From contig CAYGUK010000006.1 of assembly GCA_964352985.1 (NCBI GenBank), positions 1-62,225 of the forward strand: 62,225 bases of DNA. The letters are read 5' to 3'. Each line of letters starts with the position of its first letter. The first letter of the stretch is position 1. The DNA comes from an uncultured Legionellales bacterium. GTDB taxonomy: Bacteria > Pseudomonadota > Gammaproteobacteria > JAHCLG01. The notes beneath the pieces were generated by a model. The model had not been told where the DNA came from. It worked only from the letters and a program-made list of their open reading frames with translations, and ran no database searches. The translations under genes were made by a program, and so were the position numbers. Shown here one piece after another: positions 41,481-50,872 of this stretch.

Positions 41481-42329
41481 ATGTCAGGTATATTCACACC
41501 CACATATTTAAAGTCAACTAAACGTTGGTCCATTTTTGCAGAAGATGAAGATAGTTTATTTCGTCCGAAGGGTGATAAACGATTAAAAGGAACACTCGCT
41601 AAATTACCAAGCACATCAGAACACGCACCAACTAATCAAAATAAAAAAGATCAGGATCAGATTGACATCGAAATTAGTTGTCAATTTTCATTACGAATTG
41701 TTGTTAAAATTGCAGGAGATTGGTTAAAAAGAGTAAAAACTGGTATTGCGGGCTTTTTATGTGAAGCTGCAAGTGCATTAGTAAATAGCGTTTCAGCTAT
41801 TATTCAAAAGTTTGTTAATCGATCTAAAAGCAAAACCATCGTTTCAGATTTGCCTAAATTAGATGAACCGATAAAAGTTAAAGACGAGCATGATAAACCA
41901 CCACCACAAAAAAAAGCTTCAACTGATTTAACAATCCTCCACAGACAATTTCATCCACCAAAAATAGAAGCCCCTGTTGGCGATTTTGCTAGAAAAGAAA
42001 ATATAAATTATAAATTATTATACGACCATTTAATGGCTTATGCACGACATAATAGAATACCGGGTATTCCACAAATGGAAAATAATCTTTATGTCGATCA
42101 AGTTTTATTAGTAATGAACGCAACAAAAATATTAAAAAATTTCGTGTTCGAAATGGTAAATGGAAGTGATGTAGAAGATACAATTTCAAAGTTTATTGAA
42201 GATTACCCTCAATTCACTTATTTACATGAATTATTACAACATGCAAAATTTTGTTGGGAAAAATTAGTTATTGATCCTAATTTTGATATTAATATTCATC
42301 AAGAATATAGCAGACTTGCGATGAGATGA
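41481..42329 (+). CDS. Hypothetical protein
   Basis: ATG 41481 follows RBS agggga; followed by a strong terminator; no family recognised. Confidence 0.7.
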   Translation: MSGIFTPTYLKSTKRWSIFAEDEDSLFRPKGDKRLKGTLAKLPSTSEHAPTNQNKKDQDQIDIEISCQFSLRIVVKIAGDWLKRVKTGIAGFLCEAASALVNSVSAIIQKFVNRSKSKTIVSDLPKLDEPIKVKDEHDKPPPQKKASTDLTILHRQFHPPKIEAPVGDFARKENINYKLLYDHLMAYARHNRIPGIPQMENNLYVDQVLLVMNATKILKNFVFEMVNGSDVEDTISKFIEDYPQFTYLHELLQHAKFCWEKLVIDPNFDINIHQEYSRLAMR

Positions 42330-42335
42330 TTTTCG

Positions 42336-42369
42336 AAATTCCCCGAGTAAAGTGCCTCGGGGAATTTTT
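42336..42369. terminator. Intrinsic terminator between convergent genes
   Basis: aaattccccgag (42336-42347) / ctcggggaattt (42356-42367) 12-bp inverted repeat ending in a T-run. Confidence 0.85.
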
Positions 42370-42394
42370 GTGAAATGACTTTGATTAAAATTAA

Positions 42395-42919
42395 TTATTT
42401 ATAACGTTCAACACTCGAAATAATTTCTTGATGAGCACTAGCCACATCTTCCCAACCTTCAATCTTAGACCATTTATTAGGCTCTAAATCTTTGTAATGC
42501 GCAAAAAAGTGCGATATCACTTCTAATTTTGATGCCGGTAAATCATTCGGTGATTGAATGTGATCATATTCACGAGATAATTTTGCGGTGGGTACGGCTA
42601 AGACTTTGGCATCCGCCCCTGATTCATCGGTCATTTTTAAAACGCCAATAGGACGCACAGTTATTACCGAACCATGGATTAAAGCGTGTGGTGTGATCAC
42701 TAACACATCAACCGGATCACCATCATCAGACAAAGTTTGTGGCACGAAACCATAATTACAAGGATACTGCATTGCCGTTGCTAAAAATCTATCAACAAAT
42801 AATGTATTTGTATTTTTATCGACTTCATATTTTACTGGTGAAGCATGGGCTGGGATTTCAATAATAACGTTGACTTCTTCAGGAATATTTTTACCTGGTC
42901 CAATTTTGTCATAACTCAT
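42395..42919 (-). CDS. ppa: Inorganic pyrophosphatase
   Basis: [31 protein letters not shown]. Confidence 0.97.
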   Translation of the reverse strand: MSYDKIGPGKNIPEEVNVIIEIPAHASPVKYEVDKNTNTLFVDRFLATAMQYPCNYGFVPQTLSDDGDPVDVLVITPHALIHGSVITVRPIGVLKMTDESGADAKVLAVPTAKLSREYDHIQSPNDLPASKLEVISHFFAHYKDLEPNKWSKIEGWEDVASAHQEIISSVERYK

Positions 42920-42971
42920 ATTTTAGATTCCTATGGATAAAGGTGGGTGTATTAAAAATTTTGAATATCAT

Positions 42972-43313
42972 TTATTGATGAAATTGTTCATAAGCTTGTA
43001 ATGCTTTTGCCGCATACATTAAAGATGGACCGCCGCCCATGTAAACTGCCATGGCTAACGTTTCCATGACTTCAGCTTCTTTAACATCAAGTTGAACTAA
43101 TTTTTGTACGTGAAAAGCGATACAACCTTCGCAATGAGTCGCAATTGCGATACCTAGTGCAATTAACTCTTTCGCTTTTTTGTCTAAGGCACCATCTTTA
43201 GTTGCACCTGTCATCATCGATTGAAAACCAGTCATGGTTTCTGGAATGTTCTTGTGTAATTTGGCTAAATACTGAGTTAAGTCTTTCGCAAGACCTGGAA
43301 AATCATCAACCAT
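42972..43313 (-). CDS. Carboxymuconolactone decarboxylase/AhpD-family protein
   Basis: GALDKKAKELIAL, CEGCIAFH, YMGGGPSLMY. Confidence 0.92.
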   Translation of the reverse strand: MVDDFPGLAKDLTQYLAKLHKNIPETMTGFQSMMTGATKDGALDKKAKELIALGIAIATHCEGCIAFHVQKLVQLDVKEAEVMETLAMAVYMGGGPSLMYAAKALQAYEQFHQ

Positions 43314-43378
43314 ACTATGCTCCTAATCATCATTATGTGAAAAACAGCAATAGTACAGAAAACTGAGATAAGAAACAA

Positions 43379-43840
43379 TTATTCGCTGATACGTTTTGCA
43401 CTTTCATGAATTCGAACAGCTAATACATGACAGGGTGCACTTTGCAAAATGGCCGCTGCCGTTGAACCCATTAATAGCAATTCAATTTCATTGCGAAAGG
43501 GCGCACCAACAATAACCAAATCACACTCGAACTCTTCAGCCAATTCAGCAACAACCGTTTTAGCTTTACCACGTGCAATGATTTGTTGATCGGATGGAAT
43601 TTGATATTGATTAGCTAATTCTTTAAGTTTAAGAGTTGCAGTATCTTCTAATTGATGTTCGATATTTTCTATTTTCGAAGAAGCGTAAGGTGTGCCATAA
43701 TCGCTTATGGGCTCGACAATATGAACTAAAATCAATTTGGCCGAAAATGTTTGACTATATTCTAAAGCGTATTCGATTAATTCATTATCTTCACTACCAC
43801 GTAAACCTATCGCAACCATGATGATTTTTGGTGTACTCAC
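43379..43840 (-). CDS. Universal stress protein
   Basis: IMVAI, LVHIVEP, DLVIVG...LLMGSTA..IL..APC.VL.V. Confidence 0.92.
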   Translation of the reverse strand: MSTPKIIMVAIGLRGSEDNELIEYALEYSQTFSAKLILVHIVEPISDYGTPYASSKIENIEHQLEDTATLKLKELANQYQIPSDQQIIARGKAKTVVAELAEEFECDLVIVGAPFRNEIELLLMGSTAAAILQSAPCHVLAVRIHESAKRISE

Positions 43841-44029
43841 AATGACGACTCCTCGCTAACAAACATACAATGAATTTATTATTATCTTTAAGAGTATAGT
43901 CAAGTTTGATGAAATCGCTGGTCGATGAAAAATATTTAATTTAAGCTATTGTTGTAAAAATAGAAAAGAGTATAATGTGCTGCCTGAATAGTTTCATTTG
44001 CAGTGCAATATTAAGGATTTCATTTTACC

Positions 44030-44944
44030 GTGAATAAATATACTCGTTGTCTTTCCTGGATTTTATTAGCTATTTTCATAGTTCCCAGTTTTTGCCTAGC
44101 AACAAATTATGCGTTACCTGAAAAAGGATCGAATGTTGTCGGCCATGTTTTCACGATCGATTCACTGCCAAATGATAATTTTGATACCATTGCCAAACGC
44201 TATGATATTGGCTTTTTCGAATTAGCTGAAGCTAATCCAAATATAAAACCTTATGATATTCCACCGCACAGTAAAATAATTATCCCAGCAAAATTTGTTT
44301 TACCCAACACGCATAAAGGAATCGTGATTAACACTGCTGAATTACGTTTATATTATTTTCCACCACACAAAAAAATTGTTGAAACTTTTCCAATTGGTAT
44401 TGGTAAATTAAGTGAAGCAACACCAACTGGACATTATTATGTGTTAGAAAAAATCGTTCATCCTTATTGGCATGTCCCATTATCAGTTAAAAAAGAGTAT
44501 CAAGCGCGAGGCATTCCTATTCCTGATGTAGTTCCACCAGGGCACCCAAATCCTTTAGGTAATTATGCGATGCGCTTAAATATTTGGTCGTATCTTATTC
44601 ATGGTACAAACATGCCTTATAGTGTTGGTAAGCGAACATCAGCCGGATGTGTTCACTTATATCCTAAAGATATCGCTTTTCTCTTTAAACAAGTTAAAGT
44701 TAAAACACCGGTTCAAATTATTGATGAAATGTATAAAGTGGGTTGGCTTGGCAATAAATTATTTTTAGAAGTCGAACAACCTTTATCAGAACAAAAACTT
44801 AATGCACAAGAAAATTTAACCCCTTTAGTGCAAAGAATCAATCTTGTCTTATTTCATCGAAAAAATGTAACAATCAATTGGAAAAAGGCAACTTCGCTTG
44901 CACTTAAACAAGATGGCATTCCAACTGAAATTGGCCAAGACTAA
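44030..44944 (+). CDS. L,D-transpeptidase (ErfK/YcfS/EnhA-like)
   Basis: Signal peptide, LysM-like region, AELRLYY, NPLG..AMRL, IHGTN...SAGC. Confidence 0.92.
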   Translation: MNKYTRCLSWILLAIFIVPSFCLATNYALPEKGSNVVGHVFTIDSLPNDNFDTIAKRYDIGFFELAEANPNIKPYDIPPHSKIIIPAKFVLPNTHKGIVINTAELRLYYFPPHKKIVETFPIGIGKLSEATPTGHYYVLEKIVHPYWHVPLSVKKEYQARGIPIPDVVPPGHPNPLGNYAMRLNIWSYLIHGTNMPYSVGKRTSAGCVHLYPKDIAFLFKQVKVKTPVQIIDEMYKVGWLGNKLFLEVEQPLSEQKLNAQENLTPLVQRINLVLFHRKNVTINWKKATSLALKQDGIPTEIGQD

Positions 44945-45133
44945 TTTTTTACAGTTTTTATTGTTAATGAGAAATAACTAATTATTTCTAAATTAAGTCT
45001 GAAAAAAACTTGACAAAAAAGGTCTTGTCCTTAAAAAAGCTTTGACTCGGGCTAAAAAACGTCCTTGACATCTTGTGATATATTATATCATTACTTATAA
45101 TTATTGATGGGTGTAAGAGTTTGAGGTGTCTCC

Positions 45134-45523
45134 ATGTATCGTTATGGATATCGGTATCGTTTATTAAGTCTAGCTTTCATTTTGTGTGGTGTCTTATTGT
45201 TAATGTTAGCTAACTTGGGCTTTAATCTGCCATTATTTGTTTTAGGTCCATCATTAATTGCTAGTGGTGTTATTATTTTAGGTGCGATTTTAATTCTGAT
45301 TGATCACGGTCAACAAGATAAATACTTAGAGCAAGTTTCATCAAAGTTTGATCAGCTCATGGATTACAAGGAAAAAATATTAGATGAAAGACCTGAAATG
45401 AGTGCAAATGAATTGGAAAAAGAACTCACCTTTTATGCAGATGTTATCAACTTTAAAGAGTTCAAACAATATTTGCGTGATAGAAAACAGGCTCAAAATA
45501 ATCGTAAGCTACATACCGGATAA
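45134..45523 (+). CDS. Hypothetical membrane protein
   Basis: RBS gaggtg; two N-terminal TM helices and a charged tail. Confidence 0.75.
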   Translation: MYRYGYRYRLLSLAFILCGVLLLMLANLGFNLPLFVLGPSLIASGVIILGAILILIDHGQQDKYLEQVSSKFDQLMDYKEKILDERPEMSANELEKELTFYADVINFKEFKQYLRDRKQAQNNRKLHTG

Positions 45524-45753
45524 ATCAAATTTTCAAATCTGATTACAATATTGATTAGCTTAAAATATTTTGTATATTGAGCTAATATGTCATTATTTAA
45601 AAATAGAAATTGATCCATTTTATTAATATAGATTGATTTTCAACACTTCAGTTTTCCGATGAGAAACATTTCAAATTTTATTAAATTCTATCTTACTTCT
45701 AAGACTATTCAACTTATCGAAAATAGTTAAATAATGAGAAAAATAAAATACGG

Positions 45754-46944
45754 ATGGAATTAGACATGGCCGCAGTAGATCGGATCTTACCAGTAGACAC
45801 GTTAATATCGCCCGCATTAATACATGATATTTTGAAGACAATAGATTGTAAATATAATCCTGTTAATAAACCATTTGTTTCTCAACCATCGGCTCCTCCA
45901 AGTGATACTCTATCTGTATCTCCACAACACAATTTGGGAGAAGAAGGACAAACTCAAAACTTATTACCAAGTACGAATGGGATAGAATCAGATAGTAAAC
46001 GTGAAGCAGATAGAGGTGCTCAACAATTATTTAACAGTCAAAGAGAAATTATAGCATCAACATTAAGATCGTTGACATCTGAGTATGCTGATGACAAAGA
46101 CCGTGTATCAAATTTTTATATAGGTATTAAACTTTATTTAGACCATCTAAAAAATATTGTAAAACGGCTTAAGAAAAACAAAGCAACATTTTTAAGCGCC
46201 GCATCAGGACGAACAAGCGATCAATTATTAACTCAATATTCAAGTATGGGATCTCATAAACTTTGTACAGAAACAATGGTAAGAAATTTTGTAGATTTAA
46301 TTTTCTCAGATTTTTCTGAAAGTGATGCTATAAATTTAAATAGCGCTATATTAAGTCACAAAAGGGCCTTTGACACTATTTTGAAAAATATTAATATAAA
46401 CCAATATTCGGATTTAGAACAATATTTAGAGGCTTGTATTAATTGTTTTAGTGAATTAATTAAATATGAAACTAACATTTTAACTAGCATAAGAGATGCT
46501 TCCCCTAATCATATTGATGACTTACTTAGTCATGTTCGTCAGTATCAAGAATTAGATAACATGAAATGTCTAATTTATCTTCATATGGCCTGCTGTCAAT
46601 TACCAGTTAATTTTTTTCAAGGACTAGGTTGTGTGGCATTTGATGTAACCAAATGTGCTATTTGCACACCATTATATCTCGCATTTTGTGGGTGGTGTGA
46701 GTATATTGATGAAAAGGATGAACCGTGCGCAACAGATTGTAAAGGTTGTTGGAGAACGTGGGGACCTTGTAAAATTTCTCACACTTATAATTTTTTTAAA
46801 AATGGGAGTAATTGTGGCGATTTCGGTTCTCAAAATGAAGATCCTGCTCCATGTATACAACCAAGTAATTTTGTAAATAAAAGAAAATCAGATCTAGCTC
46901 AAGAATTACAATTAACGCGACCACAATTACAAAGAATGCAATAA
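45754..46944 (+). CDS. Hypothetical helical protein with Cys-rich C-terminal region (effector-like)
   Basis: 396-aa ORF; N-terminal QPSAPP; many Cys near the C-terminus (CC, CAIC, CGWC, CATDCKGC). Confidence 0.75.
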   Translation: MELDMAAVDRILPVDTLISPALIHDILKTIDCKYNPVNKPFVSQPSAPPSDTLSVSPQHNLGEEGQTQNLLPSTNGIESDSKREADRGAQQLFNSQREIIASTLRSLTSEYADDKDRVSNFYIGIKLYLDHLKNIVKRLKKNKATFLSAASGRTSDQLLTQYSSMGSHKLCTETMVRNFVDLIFSDFSESDAINLNSAILSHKRAFDTILKNININQYSDLEQYLEACINCFSELIKYETNILTSIRDASPNHIDDLLSHVRQYQELDNMKCLIYLHMACCQLPVNFFQGLGCVAFDVTKCAICTPLYLAFCGWCEYIDEKDEPCATDCKGCWRTWGPCKISHTYNFFKNGSNCGDFGSQNEDPAPCIQPSNFVNKRKSDLAQELQLTRPQLQRMQ

Positions 46945-46951
46945 TTTAGTC

Positions 46952-47798
46952 TTATCTTGTTTTAACCCTTCTATCAACTCCAACTTTTATTATTTGTCTA
47001 TTTCTTTTTCCTTTAGATGGTGATGAAATTGTACCTGAAATAAAAGGTAAAGAATTGCTAAAACTTACTGAATATTGCAATTGATTACGCCAAGACTTAG
47101 GATTTGGCCGACCTTTCACCGTTGGTCTACGATTCTGGAAACATCTATTGGCCTTATTCGGAAATAAATTTGGTAATCTATTTTGGTTACATCTACCACT
47201 ACATGTATTTCTCTCTTTACGGTAAAAATAATTTCGTTCAGAAATATCAGTTTTAATTAAATTTCGTAACTTATTTATGGCTTCTTCTAGACTCCGGTGA
47301 CCCATAATGACAAATTTTTACATTTTCTCTCAACCTCAACGGTGGATAAACATGAGTGAAAGTTGGATCATCACGATCTGGTGAAAAGCTATATCCACAA
47401 TCCAGTAACCACAATAATTCTTTGCAAGTCCCCTTACCAATATCAATACTTCCATCACGTTTTTGATAAAATCGAATATCAGTCAATAACATAAACCGAC
47501 GTCTTTCTTTAATAGCACCTGCCCAAAAGGCTTTATTTTTATCGAGCGTCCATCTATTCCCATCAAATTCACGCCAAAGTGCGTTTGGTCCAGTTGCTAA
47601 TACTTGTCCAAACCAAATTGAACGATCACCTTTAGCATGAACATCATCAATCTTCCCTTTTAAACGCAGTTCAGTTAAGGATCCAAAATAAATAGGTCCT
47701 TTACTTTTTTTAGCAAGTTGGAAATCAAACTGGTTTCGAAACTCTTCTAATTCTGCGTCATAGTTAAATAAATCAAAATCTTCTGCAGGCGAGAACAT
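46952..47798 (-). pseudogene. Hypothetical gene, probably frameshifted near 47290-47310 (two overlapping same-strand ORFs)
   Basis: ORFs 47271-47798 and 46952-47305 overlap by 35 nt. The second begins with helix-like SLEEAINKLRNLIK and has no clear RBS. Confidence 0.5.
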
Positions 47799-48494
47799 AT
47801 TCTAATCTCTTAATTATTTTTATTCTTAATAAATTAATTGTAAAATAGATGCTGCACTGAACGACTGTCTTATTACAACTACCTGTTATTTAATTCTTTT
47901 TATTAATACTATGCGGTGAAATTAGATAAACGACGACTAATAGAACAATCCATATTGATAAATTTTTCAGATAAGCAGTCAGAGAAAGTAATTTTCAGTA
48001 TTAATCTTATTTTTCTATTTACAGCTATATTACCAATTTTACTCTTTCCCAAAAACTCGATTTTTCTTTTATATAATAATTATAGATACCCTAACAAAAA
48101 AATTATCTAAGAATAATTATTGCTTATAAAGTAGACTTATTTTAGTATTTAAAAGAAATGGAAAAAATAATACAACCTTCTCTTTTCTATAATAAGAACC
48201 ATAATATTTTCTCGTTATTCATGATTAATTAATCACTAATAAATTCAGAAGCAACGGGAAAGCCTATGGGTAGAAACTGTTAGTTCTATTATCCTAGGTA
48301 TCTTCGACATATAATTTTAATAAAAGTAGTTATTAAATAACGGTTTGCCTTTTGGGTCAGTCATGGAATACCGAAACACTGGAAAATATGACTTTGATTC
48401 TTAGGCAACTCTCACTAAAAGAGCCTACCGCGCAATATAAAATCCACTCTATTCCTATTAATTAAAAGATAACCCATTACCTTTTAATTAAAGG

Positions 48495-48535
48495 TTGACA
48501 GACATGTGATAATGTAATAACGTGATATTACATTA
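48495..48535 (+). promoter_or_regulatory. Sigma70-type promoter overlapped by a palindromic operator
   Basis: TTGACA (48495-48500)-17 bp-TAACGT (48518-48523); perfect inverted repeat taatgtaata-N6-tattacatta (48510-48535). Confidence 0.75.
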
Positions 48536-48546
48536 ATTCAAGCAAT

Positions 48547-48849
48547 ATGACTATTATGAAAACCAATAAAATTGAACAATCCAAATTAAAACATTTATAC
48601 AACGCATTTGCGGCAATTGCCTCTCCCCAGGAAGCTAAATTATTTTTGCAAGATTTGTGTACCCCTGCTGAGTTAGAAGCAATGGCTGATAGATGGGCTA
48701 TCTTACCGATGATTAAAGCAGGCGATGCTTATCGCCATATCCACGAAAAATCAGGTGTCAGCGTCACCACGATTGGTCGAGTAGCGCGCTGTTTAACACA
48801 TGGTTGTGGTGGTTATGAATTAATTTACCAGAGAATAACAATGAAATAG
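48547..48849 (+). CDS. YerC/YecD-family TrpR-like repressor (HisR type)
   Basis: FLQDLCTPAELEAMADRW, YR.IH..SGVS.TTIGRVARCL..G.GGY. Confidence 0.92.
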   Translation: MTIMKTNKIEQSKLKHLYNAFAAIASPQEAKLFLQDLCTPAELEAMADRWAILPMIKAGDAYRHIHEKSGVSVTTIGRVARCLTHGCGGYELIYQRITMK

Positions 48850-48861
48850 AGAACTTACTTG

Positions 48862-50310
48862 ATGTCATCTTCATTTAAAGAATTTTGTAAAGGGCCGGGT
48901 ATTGTGATCACCACAGTGATGTGGGAATTTTTCAGCTTATTCGGCATGCGTGCTTTACTCGTTTTATACTTAACTCAAAAAATTGGCTTTTCAGATCAAC
49001 ATGCTTTTCAAATTTATGCTGGTTATATTTCATTAATTTGGATTTCACCTTTAGTTGGTGGTTGGCTAGTTGATCAATATCTCGGATATAAACGAGGTAT
49101 TTATTTAGGTTGTATTCTCATTATTATTGGCCACATAGTGTTAAGTTTTCCTGAAGTCAATTCACTTTATATTGGTCTAAGTATAATTATCACTGGCATC
49201 GGATTTTTTAAAACAAGCTCAATCTGCTTGATTGGACGTTTTTATCGACAACAACCTGAAAAAATGTCATTTGCGATGGTCTTGTATTATGTCGGGGGTA
49301 ATATTGGTGCAACCATCGCACCAATAATTTGTGCTTTTTTACAAGAAGAATATAGTTATTCCTTAGCCTTTGCAGCAGCGGCATTTGGCATGTTTTTAGG
49401 TTTAACGGTTTTTTGGCTCGGGCGGCATCAATTACCGCAAGATGATATCCCCTGGATTAAAAGTAAAATACAAAACAAAACCCTATTATTCTGTCTAGCC
49501 GTTTTCATTCTCACCATTTTATTTATTACCTGGTTATTAAAATCTGGCTATGTAGGCTATATGCTGATATTAATTTATATTATTGCCATCGCAGGTTTAT
49601 GGAAAAAAATTAAAAATTTAACGCCTCAACAAAAAAAAGATTTGATGATTATTATTGGCGTAACACTATGTGCCATGTTTTTTTGGATTTTAGATCAACA
49701 AGGAAGTAGCTCGATAAGCTTATTTATCCTTCGCAATATTAATCGTGAAGGGATTCCCACAGGTGCGTTTCAAGCAATCAATCCTTTTATTATTATTGTG
49801 TTTGGATTAATTTTATCTGTAATACTCGCAAAAAGAGCAAAGAAAAATGCACCCCACTCTTTAGCTAAAATTATATTAGGGATAAGTTTATTAACTTTAG
49901 GCTATGGTTTTATTACCTGGGGTGCAAAAATCGCGACCCTCTATGGCAAAGGTCCCTTATGGTCGCCAATTATTAGTTTAACTTTAATGGGCATGGCTGA
50001 ATTATTTATCGATCCGGTGATTCTCTCGAAAATTAATCGCGATGTGCCTAATCAATTATTGGGTAGAGTGACAGCAGTTTACTATTTATTTGTTGGCGCT
50101 TTAGCAAATTATTTATCTGGCCTTGTTGCCGATTTATCAACCATTCCTAAATCTATTTCAGAATCGAAAAATTTAATTCAATCATCACACATTTATTTAC
50201 ACGTATTTTCGCAAATAACCTGGGTGAGTTTCGCTTTTTGTTTAATATTAATCTGTTTATTATTTATATCAATGCGAATTCAAATACTAAAAAAAGGTAA
50301 AATTATATAG
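48862..50310 (+). CDS. POT/PTR-family proton-dependent oligopeptide transporter
   Basis: WEFFS.FGMRALL.LY, GGWLVDQYLG, G.GFFK, NIGA, FQAINP, GMAELFIDP. Confidence 0.9.
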   Translation: MSSSFKEFCKGPGIVITTVMWEFFSLFGMRALLVLYLTQKIGFSDQHAFQIYAGYISLIWISPLVGGWLVDQYLGYKRGIYLGCILIIIGHIVLSFPEVNSLYIGLSIIITGIGFFKTSSICLIGRFYRQQPEKMSFAMVLYYVGGNIGATIAPIICAFLQEEYSYSLAFAAAAFGMFLGLTVFWLGRHQLPQDDIPWIKSKIQNKTLLFCLAVFILTILFITWLLKSGYVGYMLILIYIIAIAGLWKKIKNLTPQQKKDLMIIIGVTLCAMFFWILDQQGSSSISLFILRNINREGIPTGAFQAINPFIIIVFGLILSVILAKRAKKNAPHSLAKIILGISLLTLGYGFITWGAKIATLYGKGPLWSPIISLTLMGMAELFIDPVILSKINRDVPNQLLGRVTAVYYLFVGALANYLSGLVADLSTIPKSISESKNLIQSSHIYLHVFSQITWVSFAFCLILICLLFISMRIQILKKGKII

Positions 50311-50386
50311 CACAATCTATTTTAATTAAGTACGAAGAAAAACAACCATACTTTTACATCGTTAGTAGTTTATGTTAATTAGTAAC

Positions 50387-50761
50387 TTAGGGCTTGGCCT
50401 TTTGTAATGTTCTAACAAAATTGTTATATTTATCACAAAATTCCGAGTTTGCCCTCATGTTATCAACAAAAAAACTTAATAAATTTTCATTTTTATTGAA
50501 AAATTCAATTAATGACTTACCTTGATCCTCATCAAATTGCATAATACAATTTGTATATTTTTTCTGGTCATCTTGCGACTCTAAAACAGACATTAATTTA
50601 GCATTCAATTCATCAAATGTTTTTTTATCTGCAGCATCTAAACTCTCGACAAACAACTTAATACCATCAATAGAAGAAAACGGTGCTTGAAAAAATTTAA
50701 TATTCGGCGTAAAAAATTGTATTGCTCGAAATATACGAACTCGATTTGGTGACACAAACAT
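50387..50761 (-). CDS. Hypothetical protein
   Basis: 124-aa ORF; no family recognised. Confidence 0.6.
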   Translation of the reverse strand: MFVSPNRVRIFRAIQFFTPNIKFFQAPFSSIDGIKLFVESLDAADKKTFDELNAKLMSVLESQDDQKKYTNCIMQFDEDQGKSLIEFFNKNENLLSFFVDNMRANSEFCDKYNNFVRTLQKAKP

Positions 50762-50872
50762 AATGATTCTACTTTCTTATTTTAACTGATAAGTAATAAT
50801 ATAACATAAAATGGATTAATTGTTTATAGCCCTATAATTTATAAAAATACTTAGAGAAATAATACTAAGTCT

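Noticed and set aside
47916-48110. 64-aa ORF in an AT-rich spacer
   Set aside because: No clear RBS or motif; composition like non-coding AT-rich DNA.
48320-48360. GGCAAACC on the minus strand suggesting a c-di-GMP-I riboswitch
   Set aside because: The following GAAA tetraloop and GACGCAAAG elements are absent.
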